Source: Carcharhinus longimanus
Lineage: Eukaryota
Direction: 5' to 3'
DNA: 64,000 bases
Assembly (NCBI GenBank): GCA_030264375.1
Contig: JASCQW010000133.1
Location: forward strand, 43,862,003 to 43,926,002
Positions 10,441 through 24,046 of the stretch are shown here, piece after piece. Below the pieces are notes generated by a model. That model saw only the letters and a program-made list of their open reading frames with translations. It was not told the DNA's origin and did not search any database. Made by a program: the position numbers and the translations under genes. Within the stretch, counting starts at the first letter, position 1. The number at the start of each line of letters is the position of its first letter.

Positions 10441-13400
10441 GGTTACACTTCCTCCGATAATAAAAGCAAGAAGTGCTGGAAAAGCTCAGCAGGTCTCACA
10501 ACATCTGTGGAGAGAGGAAAAAAAAGTCAACATCGAGTCCAACGTAACTTTTCTTCAGAACTTTTATCTCTCCCACTCTGTAACCTCTTCCATCCCTACA
10601 ACCCTTAGCAATCTCCATATTCCTCCAATTCTGGCCTCTTGTGGAACTTTGATTTCCTTTGCACCATCATTGGGGACTGTGTCTCAGCTGCTTGGACTCC
10701 AAGCTCTGGAATTCCCTCCCCAAACCTCTCCCAATCTATGTCTCCTGTTTCAAGACAATTCTTGAATCATACACCTTTGATAATGATGTTGAGGACGACC
10801 TTGGGGCATTTTACTATGTTAAAGACATTACAAAATGTATAAAAAAGACATATATAAAAATACAAGTTGATATATTAAATGGATCAATTAATTGAAACTA
10901 CTTTATAGCTAATTTAAGATTGACATTAACACAGGGTAAAATTCCAAAATTAAAGGAATGGGTCTCTTTTACAATCAGCTGTTGGTTCTGAAATTTCATC
11001 TCCAAACCTCTCCATCTATCTCCTTGCCCTTCATTAAGACAGTGCTTTAAACTCACCTCTTCAGTCAAACCTTCAGTTTCCCCTCCTTATATCTCCATCT
11101 TTGGCTGCACATTTGTTAATTCCTATTAACTTTTGGATACTTTTTTTCTGTGATTAAGGTGCCATTCAAATACAAATTGTTTATTACAGAGACACACGTT
11201 TTTTGACTTCAGTGTTGCTAAAATAATGAAATGCTCATATTTATTAGTGTGTCAGACAAATGCACGAATGTTGTTGATTCTGCAAGCAAACTTTGTACAT
11301 AGTAAGAGAAAACTTCTCTCTTCGTACTCGTAAATTACATCAATAAATTTATTACCTGGTGTGTATTAGTAAAATCAAACTGAAGCTTCAGTGCACATTG
11401 CTGGGACAGCTCAGGCACAATTCATTAAGCTGTACACAAGAGAATGAAATATATTGCTATAAAAATAATATATAGTATTGGTGTGAAATGTATTGAGGAA
11501 GATGGAGTAGAAAGTGAATCTTAGTCTTATAGAAGTTATTTGTGCTGTGGTTGTAAATGTGATTATATGACCTTGATGGATAAACCAGGCCTCTCCTCTG
11601 AAAACCAAGTCTTAAATTGTGTTTCCCATCAATTCAGTATTATCTTGATGGATTTTCATTCTGATATCAGCATATCATCTTTACCCAATTCTAATACCCA
11701 ATTCTAACAAAATCTGCATTTTATGTGCAAGTGCCACTGACTGCTCTGAGCACTAATGCTGCCTTGTGCTGTCCTTTGCATAGAATTGAGATGCTTTCTG
11801 GCATTGTTGGTTGAGATGGACATGGAAGATATCATGTCCTCTTTGAGAGCAGTAAAACATTCTTCTGGTCTGGTTACAAGCATTTAAAAAAATGTTAGAT
11901 TGAAGTTACAGGTGCCATTCGCCAAGTTGGGAGGATTTAGATGATGGGTTTCACCAAGGCTCCCATCAAAGCCGCGTGAAAATTGATTGCGCATTCCTGC
12001 ATGATAGGACTAATCCCCTTGGGAATAGAGAAGTCCACTCACTGCTTTAGGCTTTGACTTGCAATTGGATAGCGCCTTTGGAGATCACAGCAAAGAATAA
12101 AAACTTAATGCCTTTCTCTGTCTATCTAGCCGGCAAATAGATGAGATTTTAGAAATATTCAACTGCAATAAATCAATTTCAGTCATTTAGCCTCAGGTTT
12201 CCCATATTACAATAGACACTTCCAAAGTACTTCATTAGCTGTAAAGCATTGTGAGGTGTCCCAAGGTTGTGGAAGATGCAATAGAAATGCAAGTCTTTCT
12301 TTTGTTCTGCACGTTTTCTTAGTGTCGATAAGTAGAGAAACCTGTGCTGGAACATGAACCAGTGTGAAGCAACTGAGGGTAAATAATCCACATTAAGTAC
12401 AGACATGATGCATAGCCACTTTGCTGAGGAACTGCTGACTCTTGAGTTAAAACAGAAAAGCTCCATTATTAAGGAAAGTACCTTGCAAGTCACCCTGAAC
12501 ATTTAGAGAACGGAATATTTTTACAGCACTGTTTAGATGTTATTTCATTAATATATTAAAATGAACTCTCATTGTAATAGAGAAGGCTGAAGACAAAAGT
12601 GTGATAGGAAGCTTAGGGAGGGATTTCTAGACAGATGGAGGTGTTCAGTAAAAATTACCTAGTCTGTGTTTGGTCTTCACAAAAATGGAGAATTGCTGTT
12701 TCCCATTTCATAGACTGCCTGATTATAGAATCCTCACAGTACACAAGGTCATTCTGCCCATCAAGCCTGCACTGACTTTCACCCTGGTTTACACTATAAT
12801 CCCACATATTTACCCTGTTAACCTATATATCTTGGGACATTTAAGGGGCAATTTAGCAGGCCAATCTACCCGACCTACACATCATTGGCCTCATCTGCTG
12901 AGCGTTTCCAGCATTTTCTGCTCGACTTGATTTTTGAGAAATGGCAAATTGAGAATGAGAATATTTCAGTTAAAAATATTTTGGTTGCTTTTAACAAGAG
13001 GTTGGTGAGCAGCTGAGGGGAATATAGAAGAGTTATTACTGGAGGTAAAACATTGAGGTTATAGTTATGGACAAAGATTTGATAAATTTTATCTGTTCAG
13101 TGGAACAGTTAAAGAGGATCTTATTGAGATTTAAAATTGTAATGATTGCTCCCATTAGTGAACGAGTTGGTAGCTACTGGCCAGTATAGTTCTGTCAGTG
13201 CAGACTTGATGGGCCAAAGGGCCACTTTTGTATTATATGACAATAATTTTATTGAAAGAACAAAGACACAAGGTACTTTTTTTTCACATAGAACCTGGAA
13301 TTAACTACAAGGAGCTACTGAGGCAGATCCACTACTATTTAAAAAAGGAATTGGTAAATATGTGATCATTAAAGGATATGGAGAAGAGGTCAATGGGATT

Positions 13401-13589
13401 CAGTGGATAACTGCAGTTAAAGAATGAGGAAAGGTTTGATGGGATGAATGGCTTCATTCTGTGCTATAATTTTTTCACTGTTACTAATCAAAAGGTAAAC
13501 GTGACTCAGACTACTGAAAGCAGGTTACATTAAATGGGCATCTTGACTGAAATCAAGCCTTGCAACCGATCAGAAAAGTGATTTTCTTA

Positions 13590-13905
13590 TCATTCGTTCA
13601 AGAGATAAGAGCATCACTGGCTGGACCAGCATTTTATTGCCCATGTCCAATTGCCCTTGAACTGAATTGTTAGGCCATTTAGAAGAGTCAATCACATTGC
13701 TGTCGATCTGGAGTCACATGTAGGCCAAATTGGGTAAAGATGACAAGACATCAGTGATGGGTTTTTACCATAATCAACAATGGTTTCACAGTCAGTGTTT
13801 TTTAATTCCAGATTTTTATTGAATTCAAATTTCACCATCTGCTATGATGGGATTTGAACCTATGTCCCCAGAGCATTACCCTGGGTCTCTGAATTACTAG
13901 TACCA
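13590..13905 (-). mobile_element. tRNA-derived SINE sharing its 3' tail with the LINE at 51540-52095
   Basis: Minus strand ggttcaaatccca B-box head and aagggcaattggacatgggcaataaa tail; second copy at 38725-39030. Confidence 0.65.
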
Positions 13906-15029
13906 CTGACTGCTCTGTTTTTCTGCTCTCTGTAGGCCTAGTACAGAAAATACTGAAGTTAAAGCACCTCAATTATTAAGTTTGAAGAAATGTGCTGAAA
14001 AACATCCTGCCTATATTCTGCTATGTTCAAGTGAGATATTGCAATGTTTAAATGTAGAGTGAAATTTGAAGTTGAGAAGTTTCAGAATGTTAAGGTTTCC
14101 AAGTCTAATTTTTGTTCATAGATTCACAGAGTTGCATCTTGTTTTAATGAGCTTCTGTTCACACTGACAACAAGTGCAGTTCCTAAGGTTTGACACTTAA
14201 TGTGCAATTTTTCCTTTCATGTATCAAGATAATGTATTGCAAATATATGAGAACGTCTCAACTTTGTTTGAAGCACAATTCATGACTACATAAGATGGGA
14301 ACATGAGTAATTATTCTTCTGGTGATAATCTTGAATGGGTATATCACTTCTGTGCTGGTTCAATGCAGGATTAACTCAGCTAGTCCCACTGTCCTGTTGA
14401 AGGTTCAGTCGTTCCTGCCTCCATCACACATTCAGGAATGCAGTTCAGATTCTGACCATTTGGTGTGTAAAAACACTTTTCCTCCAGTTGCTGTTGGATC
14501 TTTTGCTAACCACTTAAATCGGTGTCCTCTCGTTTGTCTTTAATCCAGGAGCATGGAGGCCAATTGCAGAAATCCTTGGCTGGTTTAGATCAGCCAATTC
14601 AGTGTAGAATGTGGATAAAATCTGAGGTCTTGATGACTCATAAGCTGACTGTCTTCAGTAGCTGTACTTACTGGGGCTCCATATTTCAAGCTGTTAAAAT
14701 GTGATGTTGTCAGTGTGATGCAAATAGAAACATCCTTTATAAACAGGAAAACCCTTCTTATCAAAATCTCAAAAACACCAAGATTATGAGCAATTACCTC
14801 ACAATAAGTTAGAGGAGGTCATCTCTTCGCTTAGGGAACAGAGGCTTGGTTTTAACTTTCGAAAAAGGAAATGACCAGACGTTTGTTTTTCAATAGGATG
14901 AAGGCGAAAGGAGCCTTGGTACAAATATGTCAATAACATGAGAATCGATGTGAATGCTGAGTAGAATGAACAAGGGATGGATGGACACTTCACACATTTA
15001 TCTTATAAACTTGCTGTGGATTAGATGGA

Positions 15030-15558
15030 CGTCATGATGTGGAGATGCCAGCATTGGACTGGGGTAAACACAGTAAGAAGTCTCACAACAAGCCACTAGC
15101 TTTCGGAGCGCTGCTCCTTCGTCAAGTGTGAGTTCTGTTCATAAACAGGGCATATAAAAACACAAACTCAATTTACAAAATAATGGTTGGAATGCACGTC
15201 TTTACAGGTAATCAACTCTTAAAGGTACAGGCCATATGAGTGGACAGGGGTTAAGCACAGGTTAAAGAGATGTGTATTGCCTCCAGCCAAGACAGTTAGT
15301 GAGGTTTTGCAAACCCAGGCAAGCTGTGGGAATTACAGATAGTGTGACATGAACCCAAGATCCTGNNNNNNNNNNNNNNNNNNNNNNNAAGACCCGCATT
15401 CCAACCATTATTTTGTAAATTGAGTTTGCGTCTTTATATACAGTGTTTATGAACAGAACTCCCACTCACCTGAAGGAGGAGCAGCGCCCTGAAAGCTAGT
15501 GGCTTGTGCTACCAAATAAACCCGTTGGACTTTAACCTGATATTGTGAGACTTCTTAC
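15030..15558. mobile_element. Penelope-like element remnant with inverted terminal segment and hammerhead-like motifs
   Basis: 15390-15558 is the reverse complement of 15070-15203; flanked by a TTAGATGGA direct repeat; TGAnGA-stem-GAAA motif; another fragment at 31995-32108. Confidence 0.7.
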
Positions 15559-16699
15559 TTAGATGGATGATCAGACCTATTGTAAAGTCCCGCTGAGAGA
15601 ATTGCAACGAGATTCACAATATATTATGTCTTATAATAAGTCAAACAAGGTGATAAACTGCACACAGGGAATGAACAGAGAAACAAAGAACCAGAATTAC
15701 TGATGAGGGCTTTTTTTCCCCCACTCATGAGTCTGTATTGTAACCACCGGCAGATATATTCCTCAGCTGAATATTAAAAAGATTGCCACAGGCAGACAGA
15801 ATCACTTGCGGGGATTGTCAAAACAATTCTGAATCAACAGCTCACAAGTGGTGGTGTTAAACAGATCAATTGGTACAATCTCTGACACAACAAACAAACA
15901 ACCATTTTGTCTCAAAATCAATGCTGTATTTGTCTCATTGATCTACAGGAATCAAGTCTGTTTAAAATACAGAAACCAAAGTACAGAGCAGAAAGGAGGA
16001 AATGGCAGCTGATGTATGAAGTAACTACAGAGTAAAAGCCCAGATATATAAACACAGATGCTGCTTTTTTTGTCCAGCAAGTAAAACATGGCAAAATTTA
16101 CATATGACCAAGAAATAAAGAGTCATGTAGAGTAGTTCAGCCTGAACCACACTGCAAGAAACATCTGTTTAAGGACTTAATTGCTAACAGTATTTTATCA
16201 GAAATGTTACCATGAGATTTTTGATCCTAAAATACTACTTTGTCTTGTATACAGATTCCATAAAAACACTGCACAATTACACAAGGTCCACACTGAATGT
16301 CCTTGCCAGCCACTAAGAATTTCTGCCCAATACAATGTTTATCATTACTGTCTGCATTGTGGATTGAGAAATAAAACCTCTCTCTGAACTGGTGCCTCAT
16401 TGGTCCAACAGTTTTTTTTCTCTCCCTCTCTCTTGTAAATGCAGTCTGTTCCGTGTCTCTTAATGGATTTGCATTTTTGTCCCCCCTGTTGCACACAGTG
16501 GTGTTCCTCCACTGTGTGTTGCCATTAGCTTGGATGTACAGCCTTTGTGAAAGACCTGCCTGCGGTTCTTGCATAGTTGAATTGAATATGCTTCTCTGAA
16601 ACTGAGCTTCAAGCACACCTCCACGTGATACTATAGGAATAACTGTGCTACAAATATCCAGTGAGCTGTTCTGGTTTCAAAAACCCTTTATAAAGGCTA

Positions 16700-17313
16700 C
16701 CTAAGTAAAGAATTTAATTAGCATGTTCTGAGTATCAACAGAGTATTTACATTTGTACAGGAACCACAGGGACCTCTTCTGCATATCTTGTATTTGTTAA
16801 TAAGGCAAAACAAATTCAGATTTGTACATTTCTCAGAGTACACAGACATTTTTGGGAACCAAATAAAGGAAAGTCATTATTTTGGCCTCAGTGTGAAACC
16901 TCACAGTGGATTCATTGTAAATTGATATCTTGATAAATAATATCAATAGCAAACTCTGGGTATTATTAAAATAGTTTGAGGCCTGTAACTGCTCGAAAAC
17001 AGAACGTAAAACTTAAAAGCAAACAAATTAAAGTGAAACAAAAAATTACAAATTCATACAAATTAGATTTCAAATATTGGAAAAATGTACAAACATGATT
17101 TCAGAATTCTCTGCACAAAGAAATCTAGAGATTTATAATTGATAATATATTAATTCCAATTATAAGCAATCTTCTGGTATCAAAGTTCAGACTTTTTAAC
17201 CCTCCCCCACTGTGCTTCAATTCTATAAATTTACAGCGTTCTCTTCTTGTTGCAGTGCATTTTTAAATCAAAGGATCTCGTACACAGGACATCTCTCTCA
17301 TCAAGTCCAAGAA
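16700..17313 (-). other. FBRSL1: FBRSL1 3' UTR (minimum extent; may run to ~15600)
   Basis: Repeat-free, U-rich on the minus strand directly after the stop; ATTAAA variant poly(A) signal at 16714-16719; Pumilio element TGTAAATA at 16744-16751. Confidence 0.5.
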
Positions 17314-18606
<1,293 letters not shown>

Positions 18607-19039
18607 TTATTCAAATTTAGTTGAGAGTTTGGAAACTCTGGAAGGTTTTCAGACAAGTTATCTTTCATGTAAAAGGCTGGAAATATCCAACAGGTCAGTC
18701 AGCACAAACACACGTTGCAGTCCCTTCAGATTGTTAAACTGTTCTTTCTTTTCACAGATGCTGATGGACAGTCGCATATCCCAGACTGAAGCTTTTCTTC
18801 AAACAACTATGCAGAGCCTAAAACTCTCAAATAACTAAAGCTTGCTCGATTTCATAAATTATCATAGCATAACATCACCATTTAAAGTCAGAAATAACAC
18901 AAAAACAAAAAAATCATTTGGATAAGAGAGCTAACGAAGAGCAGTGAGTTATGATGCTTCTACAAGGATGACGGAAGCAGATTCAATAATAACTTGCCAC
19001 AGAAACTGGAAAAAGGAAAAAAAACATGCAAGGCTGTGG

Positions 19040-19285
19040 GGAAAGGTGCCTCACAAGAGGTTATTGCAGAAGGTCAGGGGACATGGAGTTGGGGGTAGGG
19101 TGTTAGCGTGGATAGAGGANNNNNNNNNNNNNNNNNNNNNNNNNNNNNNNNNNNNNNNNNNNNNNNNNNNNNNNNNNNNNNNNNNNNNNNNNNNNNNNNN
19201 NNNNNNNNNNNNNNNNNNNTTGAATGGCGGGGCAGGCTTGAAGGGCTGGATGGCCTACTCCTGCTCCTATTTCTTATGTTCTTAT
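19040..19285 (+). mobile_element. CR1 LINE fragment across a gap
   Basis: KVPHKRLLQKVRGHGVGGRVLAWIE; CR1 tail ggcctactcctgctcctatttcttatg. Confidence 0.85.
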
Positions 19286-20438
19286 GAAAGAGATGGAGAG
19301 GCGGGGTGGGGTTAATTTGATAACTTTTTCAAAGGGTCCGCAAAGGCATGTTGGGCTGAATAGCTTCTTTCTGTGCTTTGAGATTCTAACACATTGAATA
19401 TCCTGGAGCCAGGACTCCCTAAGACCGCTGCATTTATGAGGCTTGATTCTAGAACTCATTTTAAATGATTCTTTTGTGATTTGTCCTGCCTATCTGGTCT
19501 ATAAAAGGAACATGAAGACGTTATTTCCGTATCGTTAATATTCTCTTCCACATCACAAATAAATGTTGACATTGACCTTGCACAAGCTGGGATAATGCCT
19601 ACAACTCTGTCTTGCTGTAAAATGCAGGGTCACCGAGATGGTATCCCATTGGCATGGGTTTCCAAGCTAAGATGGGGGCATCATAATATGCTGGAAACTC
19701 AGGCTCATGGCAGCTTCGTTCTGCACCCCAGTATGGATCAATCTCTGTCCATTTTTCTACTGCTTCCCAGAGATGTGGGAATTCCAGTTGCCCTTTCCCC
19801 TTTGTGTCACTAGCTTAGGTTAGGTTCTACCCTATATGAGGCCAGTGAGGGCTTCCAGAATGGACTGGGACTTCACACTTTGAACCTCATTCTAGGCTAT
19901 TCTGGAGACATGGTATGAGAGGGCAGGATGGTCAAACAAACTCAGAATGGTGTGACCATGTAGCAAAATGTCCTAGATAGTCTATTCTTCATTGCTAAGC
20001 ATAGGGAACTGAGTTTCAGTTTCTATTCTTATACTGAGTTACATCACCATCAGAGGCATTACAATTGGTTCTAATATTCAGTGGGCGATGGGAAGAGGAG
20101 ATGAGCTTCTCATTAGGGTTTGTTGACCACTATCCAATAACCTCAGTCACAAGTGGACTGACTAAACATTGCCCAAAAATTGGATGAAGCAATTTCTGTG
20201 GTTAAATTCCATGCAACAAATTCCCATTCACACTTAGATTGTGGCATTTGGTAAGTGTTGGTGGGAACCCAATGTCTATGCAACCATCCTGAAAGCATGA
20301 ATCAGTAGAGGAGAAAGGTGCATGGATCAAGAGGATTTAAGTTGCCAATACATGAAAGAGACTGAGCATTCACAAAGGGGAAACTAACTGTAAAAAAAAC
20401 TCATACTAACCAGGAGAACAAGTTTAGTAAGCAAGTAC

Positions 20439-20664
20439 CTGTCTTTCTCTCTGTCACTCTTAAGTGAAGATTCTCTTTTCTCCAAATCTCGATCTCTGTC
20501 ATGATTAGTTACTGAGGAGCTTCTCTCAGAATCCCTTGGTTTTGGCCATTGTGGTGGGGTTGGAAATGAAGGTGGAGTTCGATGGAGGCGGTTCCATGGT
20601 TCATGAGCATTATTGAGGGTCTGTATACCTGGACCTTCTTTGTGACTAAATATGCTGTTGGAAG
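20439..20664 (-). CDS. FBRSL1: FBRSL1 exon (exon 18 equivalent) [13 protein letters not shown]...[20 protein letters not shown]...KDR
   Basis: tttcttag|CT...GACAG|gtactt; 226 nt, phase 1 to 2; [15 protein letters not shown] family motif. Confidence 0.95.
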
Positions 20665-20834
20665 CTAAGAAAGTGGAAAATGGAGGAAAACACGCAGAGT
20701 GAGCATTGGAAGACCTTTTAAAAATATAGTACAAGTCAAAATGTTACATTGTTAAAAAAAAAGAAAAATACTTTAGAGCTGAGGTTGAAGTTTAGCCTCA
20801 GACAACATTCAGTCAAGTTATTCATTTGAAAAAG

Positions 20835-21087
20835 GGGTAGCACAGTGGTTAGCACTGCCACTTCACAGCGCCACGGATCCGGGTTTGAATCCCGGCTTGG
20901 GTCACTGTCTGTGTGGAGTTTGCATGTTCTCCCCATGTCTGCGTGGGTTTCCTCCCACATTCTGAAAGATGTGCTGGTTAGGGTGCATTGACCCAAACAG
21001 GTGCAGGAGTGTGGTGACTTGGGGAATCTCACAGTAACTTCATTGCAGTGTTAATATAAGCCTTACTTGTGACTAATAAATAAACTT
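20835..21087 (+). mobile_element. V-SINE (type-b tail)
   Basis: Full head, V-domain and tail ..cttgtgactaataaataaac. Confidence 0.9.
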
Positions 21088-21616
21088 GAAAGGTTAATCA
21101 GATAAGGCACTCAGTAAAGACAAGTCTTGATAGCCAATACTCCACATCACTGCATTTGTCACCAAGCTGGTGGAGGCATGCGTTTATACTGACTTTAAGA
21201 TGAGGTTACACCCAGATAGCTCAACTTCCTGAATCAGTCAACTGTAAGAACTCAGTCTGACACTTGCAGTGTTGGTTGACAAAGAATGTTCGCAGAGGAG
21301 GCTGCTGCTACGTGATCTGTACCATGGTGACAGTTGCCAGATTTAGATGGCAGGATTAGCAACACAATATTATTACATCAGCAACTACCTCCTTCAGTTT
21401 TAAAAAAAACTTGGCAACGTCTCAGGCAAGACATGCTCAAATGGCAATGACCCATTAAAATAACTTTTGCATGAAGAAAACACATTGGCAAACAGCCAAC
21501 GCCAGTCAAAATAAACAACTGTGATCTTGCCTAAATAAATACATTATCTTAAGGAACTGTTTTGACAACATAAAGAATAATGGTACTTTAGATTTACAAC
21601 ACAAACATGTACTAAC

Positions 21617-21700
21617 CAAGTGCTGGATTGCCTAATCCTCCAAAGGCACTAGTGCTGAGGTTTCCAAGGCCACCATAGGTGTTTGATCGACTGAATGGAT
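21617..21700 (-). CDS. FBRSL1: FBRSL1 exon (exon 17 equivalent) DPFSRSNTYGGLGNLSTSAFGGLGNPAL
   Basis: tctttttcag|AT...CTTG|gttagt; 84 nt, phase 1-1; AFGGLGN motif. Confidence 0.93.
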
Positions 21701-22683
21701 CTGAAAAAGATCATGGATTTAAAAGAGAGTCAGCCACTNNNNNNNNNNNNNNNNNNNNNNNNNNNNNNNNNNNNNNNNNNNNNNNNNNNNNNNNNNNNNN
21801 NNNNNNNNNNNNNNNNNNNNNNNNNNNNNNNNNNNNNNNNNNNNNNNNNNNNNNNNNNNNNNNNNNNNNNNNNNNNNNNNNNNNNNNNNNNNNNNNNNNN
21901 NNNNNNNNNNNNNNNNNNNNNNNNNNNNNNNNNNNNNNNNNNNNNNNNNNNNNNNNNNNNNNNNNNNNNNNNNNNNNNNNNNNNNNNNNNNNNNNNNNNN
22001 NNNNNNNNNNNNNNNNNNNNNNNNNNNNNNNNNNNNNNNNNNNNNNNNNNNNNNNNNNNNNNNNNNNNNNNNNNNNNNNNNNNNNNNNNNNNNNNNNNNN
22101 NNNNNNNNNNNNNNNNNNNNNNNNNNNNNNNNNNNNNNNNNNNNNNNNNNNNNNNNNNNNNNNNNNNNNNNNNNNNNNNNNNNNNNNNNNNNNNNNNNNN
22201 NNNNNNNNNNNNNNNNNNNNNNNNNNNNNNNNNNNNNNNNNNNNNNNNNNNNNNNNNNNNNNNNNNNNNNNNNNNNNNNNNNNNNNNNNNNNNNNNNNNN
22301 NNNNNNNNNNNNNNNNNNNNNNNNNNNNNNNNNNNNNNNNNNNNNNNNNNNNNNNNNNNNNNNNNNNNNNNNNNNNNNNNNNNNNNNNNNNNNNNNNNNN
22401 NNNNNNNNNNNNNNNNNNNNNNNNNNNNNNNNNNNNNNNNNNNNNNNNNNNNNNNNNNNNNNNNNNNNNNNNNNNNNNNNNNNNNNNNNNNNNNNNNNNN
22501 NNNNNNNNNNNNNNNNNNNNNNNNNNNNNNNNNNNNNNNNNNNNNNNNNNNNNNNNNNNNNNNNNNNNNNNNNNNNNNNNNNNNNNNNNNNNNNNNNNNN
22601 NNNNNNNNNNNNNNNNNNNNNNNNNNNNNNNNNNNNNNNNNNNNNNNNNNNNNNNNNNNNNNNNNNNNNNNNNNNNNNNNNNN

Positions 22684-22772
22684 CACACAGACAGCGACCC
22701 AAGTCGGGAATCGAACCCAGGTCCCCGGAGCTGTGAAGCAGCAGTGCTAACCACTGTGCTACCATGCTGCCC
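22684..22772 (-). mobile_element. V-SINE 5' part (rest lost in gap)
   Basis: gggcagcatggtagcacagtggttagcactgc..ggttcgattcc head on the minus strand. Confidence 0.85.
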
Positions 22773-23650
22773 ATCTTGAAGATATTTATAATTGTTACAG
22801 TGGAAGACTGCTGTGTTGTACGGACCTGTGGTAGATCCTTCTCAGCTAACATTTTCTGCTGCAAAAAGTTACTAACTCAATGAATGGCCAGACAATTTTT
22901 CCCACTGGCAGATTTATTCAGCTTTTATCTCTCCAATCAGAAAAGATGTAAAGGAGGTCATTGCCGCCTTTACAAATGTAAATCAACATGAAAAATATGC
23001 GGATACAAATTTCAAACTAAGCTTGCGCCAAATATGACATACTTGCTACTTTACTTCTGTGTAATCTTATATTCAAGGAGTTAAAATTATTAAACAAGTG
23101 GGAAAAAAAAGCAGCTGCAAGATATACAACACTTTACCCATCTTGAAATATTACTGAGTGAAAATATTAGAGTGTTTTCAATTATAGCTTAATGAAATAG
23201 TTATGGCTAGCTTCAAGTTTCCAAGATCTATCATGGGACAATAATTTCCCCAAGCAAGTTGTTAACTAGTGTGGTTCTTATTTCCTCTCTATCTATAATG
23301 CGTTCCATTACCTGTGTTTGGGCAAAGTTTAAATTTCACCTGAATTTAACATATTTGTACAGACAAGTACATGAACAGCGCAGGAAAAGATCACAAGGCC
23401 TATTCGGACACGGTGCAATCTCTCAGACTTCAGATCCATTACTGCTGAGAGCAGGAAAAACAGCGAAAGAAACCTGTGCCCTGTTCAGCAAAAGCTCTGG
23501 GAAATTTCTCCGTTATGCGCATGTTTCAGATTCTGCGCAGGTCAAGTGCATAAAAGAAAGCATGATTATGAAAGTGGTGGCACCTCTAAATACCTGCTTG
23601 GGATTTACAATGTGCCAACATGAATCAATGTGTGACTATTAAAAAAGTGT

Positions 23651-23732
23651 GATATTATAGCCAAGCGGTCTAAGGTGCTGGATAAAGGCTCCAGTCTCTG
23701 CGGAGGCATGGATTTGAATCCCACCGCTGCCA
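23651..23732 (+). pseudogene. tRNA-Leu(AAG) pseudogene
   Basis: 82 nt collinear with vertebrate tRNA-Leu-AAG (..GCGGTCTAAGG..CTGGA-T(T>A)AAGGC-TCCAGTCTCT..GGAGGC..GAATCCCACCGCTGCCA); acceptor stem 5' strand, U33 and T-loop/B-box mutated. Confidence 0.85.
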
Positions 23733-23748
23733 GAAATGACTTGCGTTT

Positions 23749-24046
23749 GGGGCACCATGGTGACACAGTGGGTTAGCACTGCTGTCTCACAGTGCCAGGG
23801 ACTCAGGTTCAATTCCCAGCTTGGATCACTGTCTGTGTGGAGTTTGCACATTCTCCATGTCTGCGTGGGTTTCCTTCCACAGTCCGAAAGACATGCTGGT
23901 TAGGTGCATTGGCCATGCTAAATTCTCCCTCAGTGTACCCAAACAGACACCAGACTGTGGCGACTAGGGGATTTTCAAGTAACTTCATGGCAGTGTTAAC
24001 GTAAGCTTACTTGTGATACTAATAAATAAACTTTACTTTAAACTTT
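23749..24046 (+). mobile_element. V-SINE (type-b tail)
   Basis: Complete head, V-domain and tail ..cttgtgatactaataaataaacttt. Confidence 0.9.

Noticed and set aside
21679-22864. Long 300+ aa ORFs in the track
   Set aside because: They consist almost entirely of N-gap X residues
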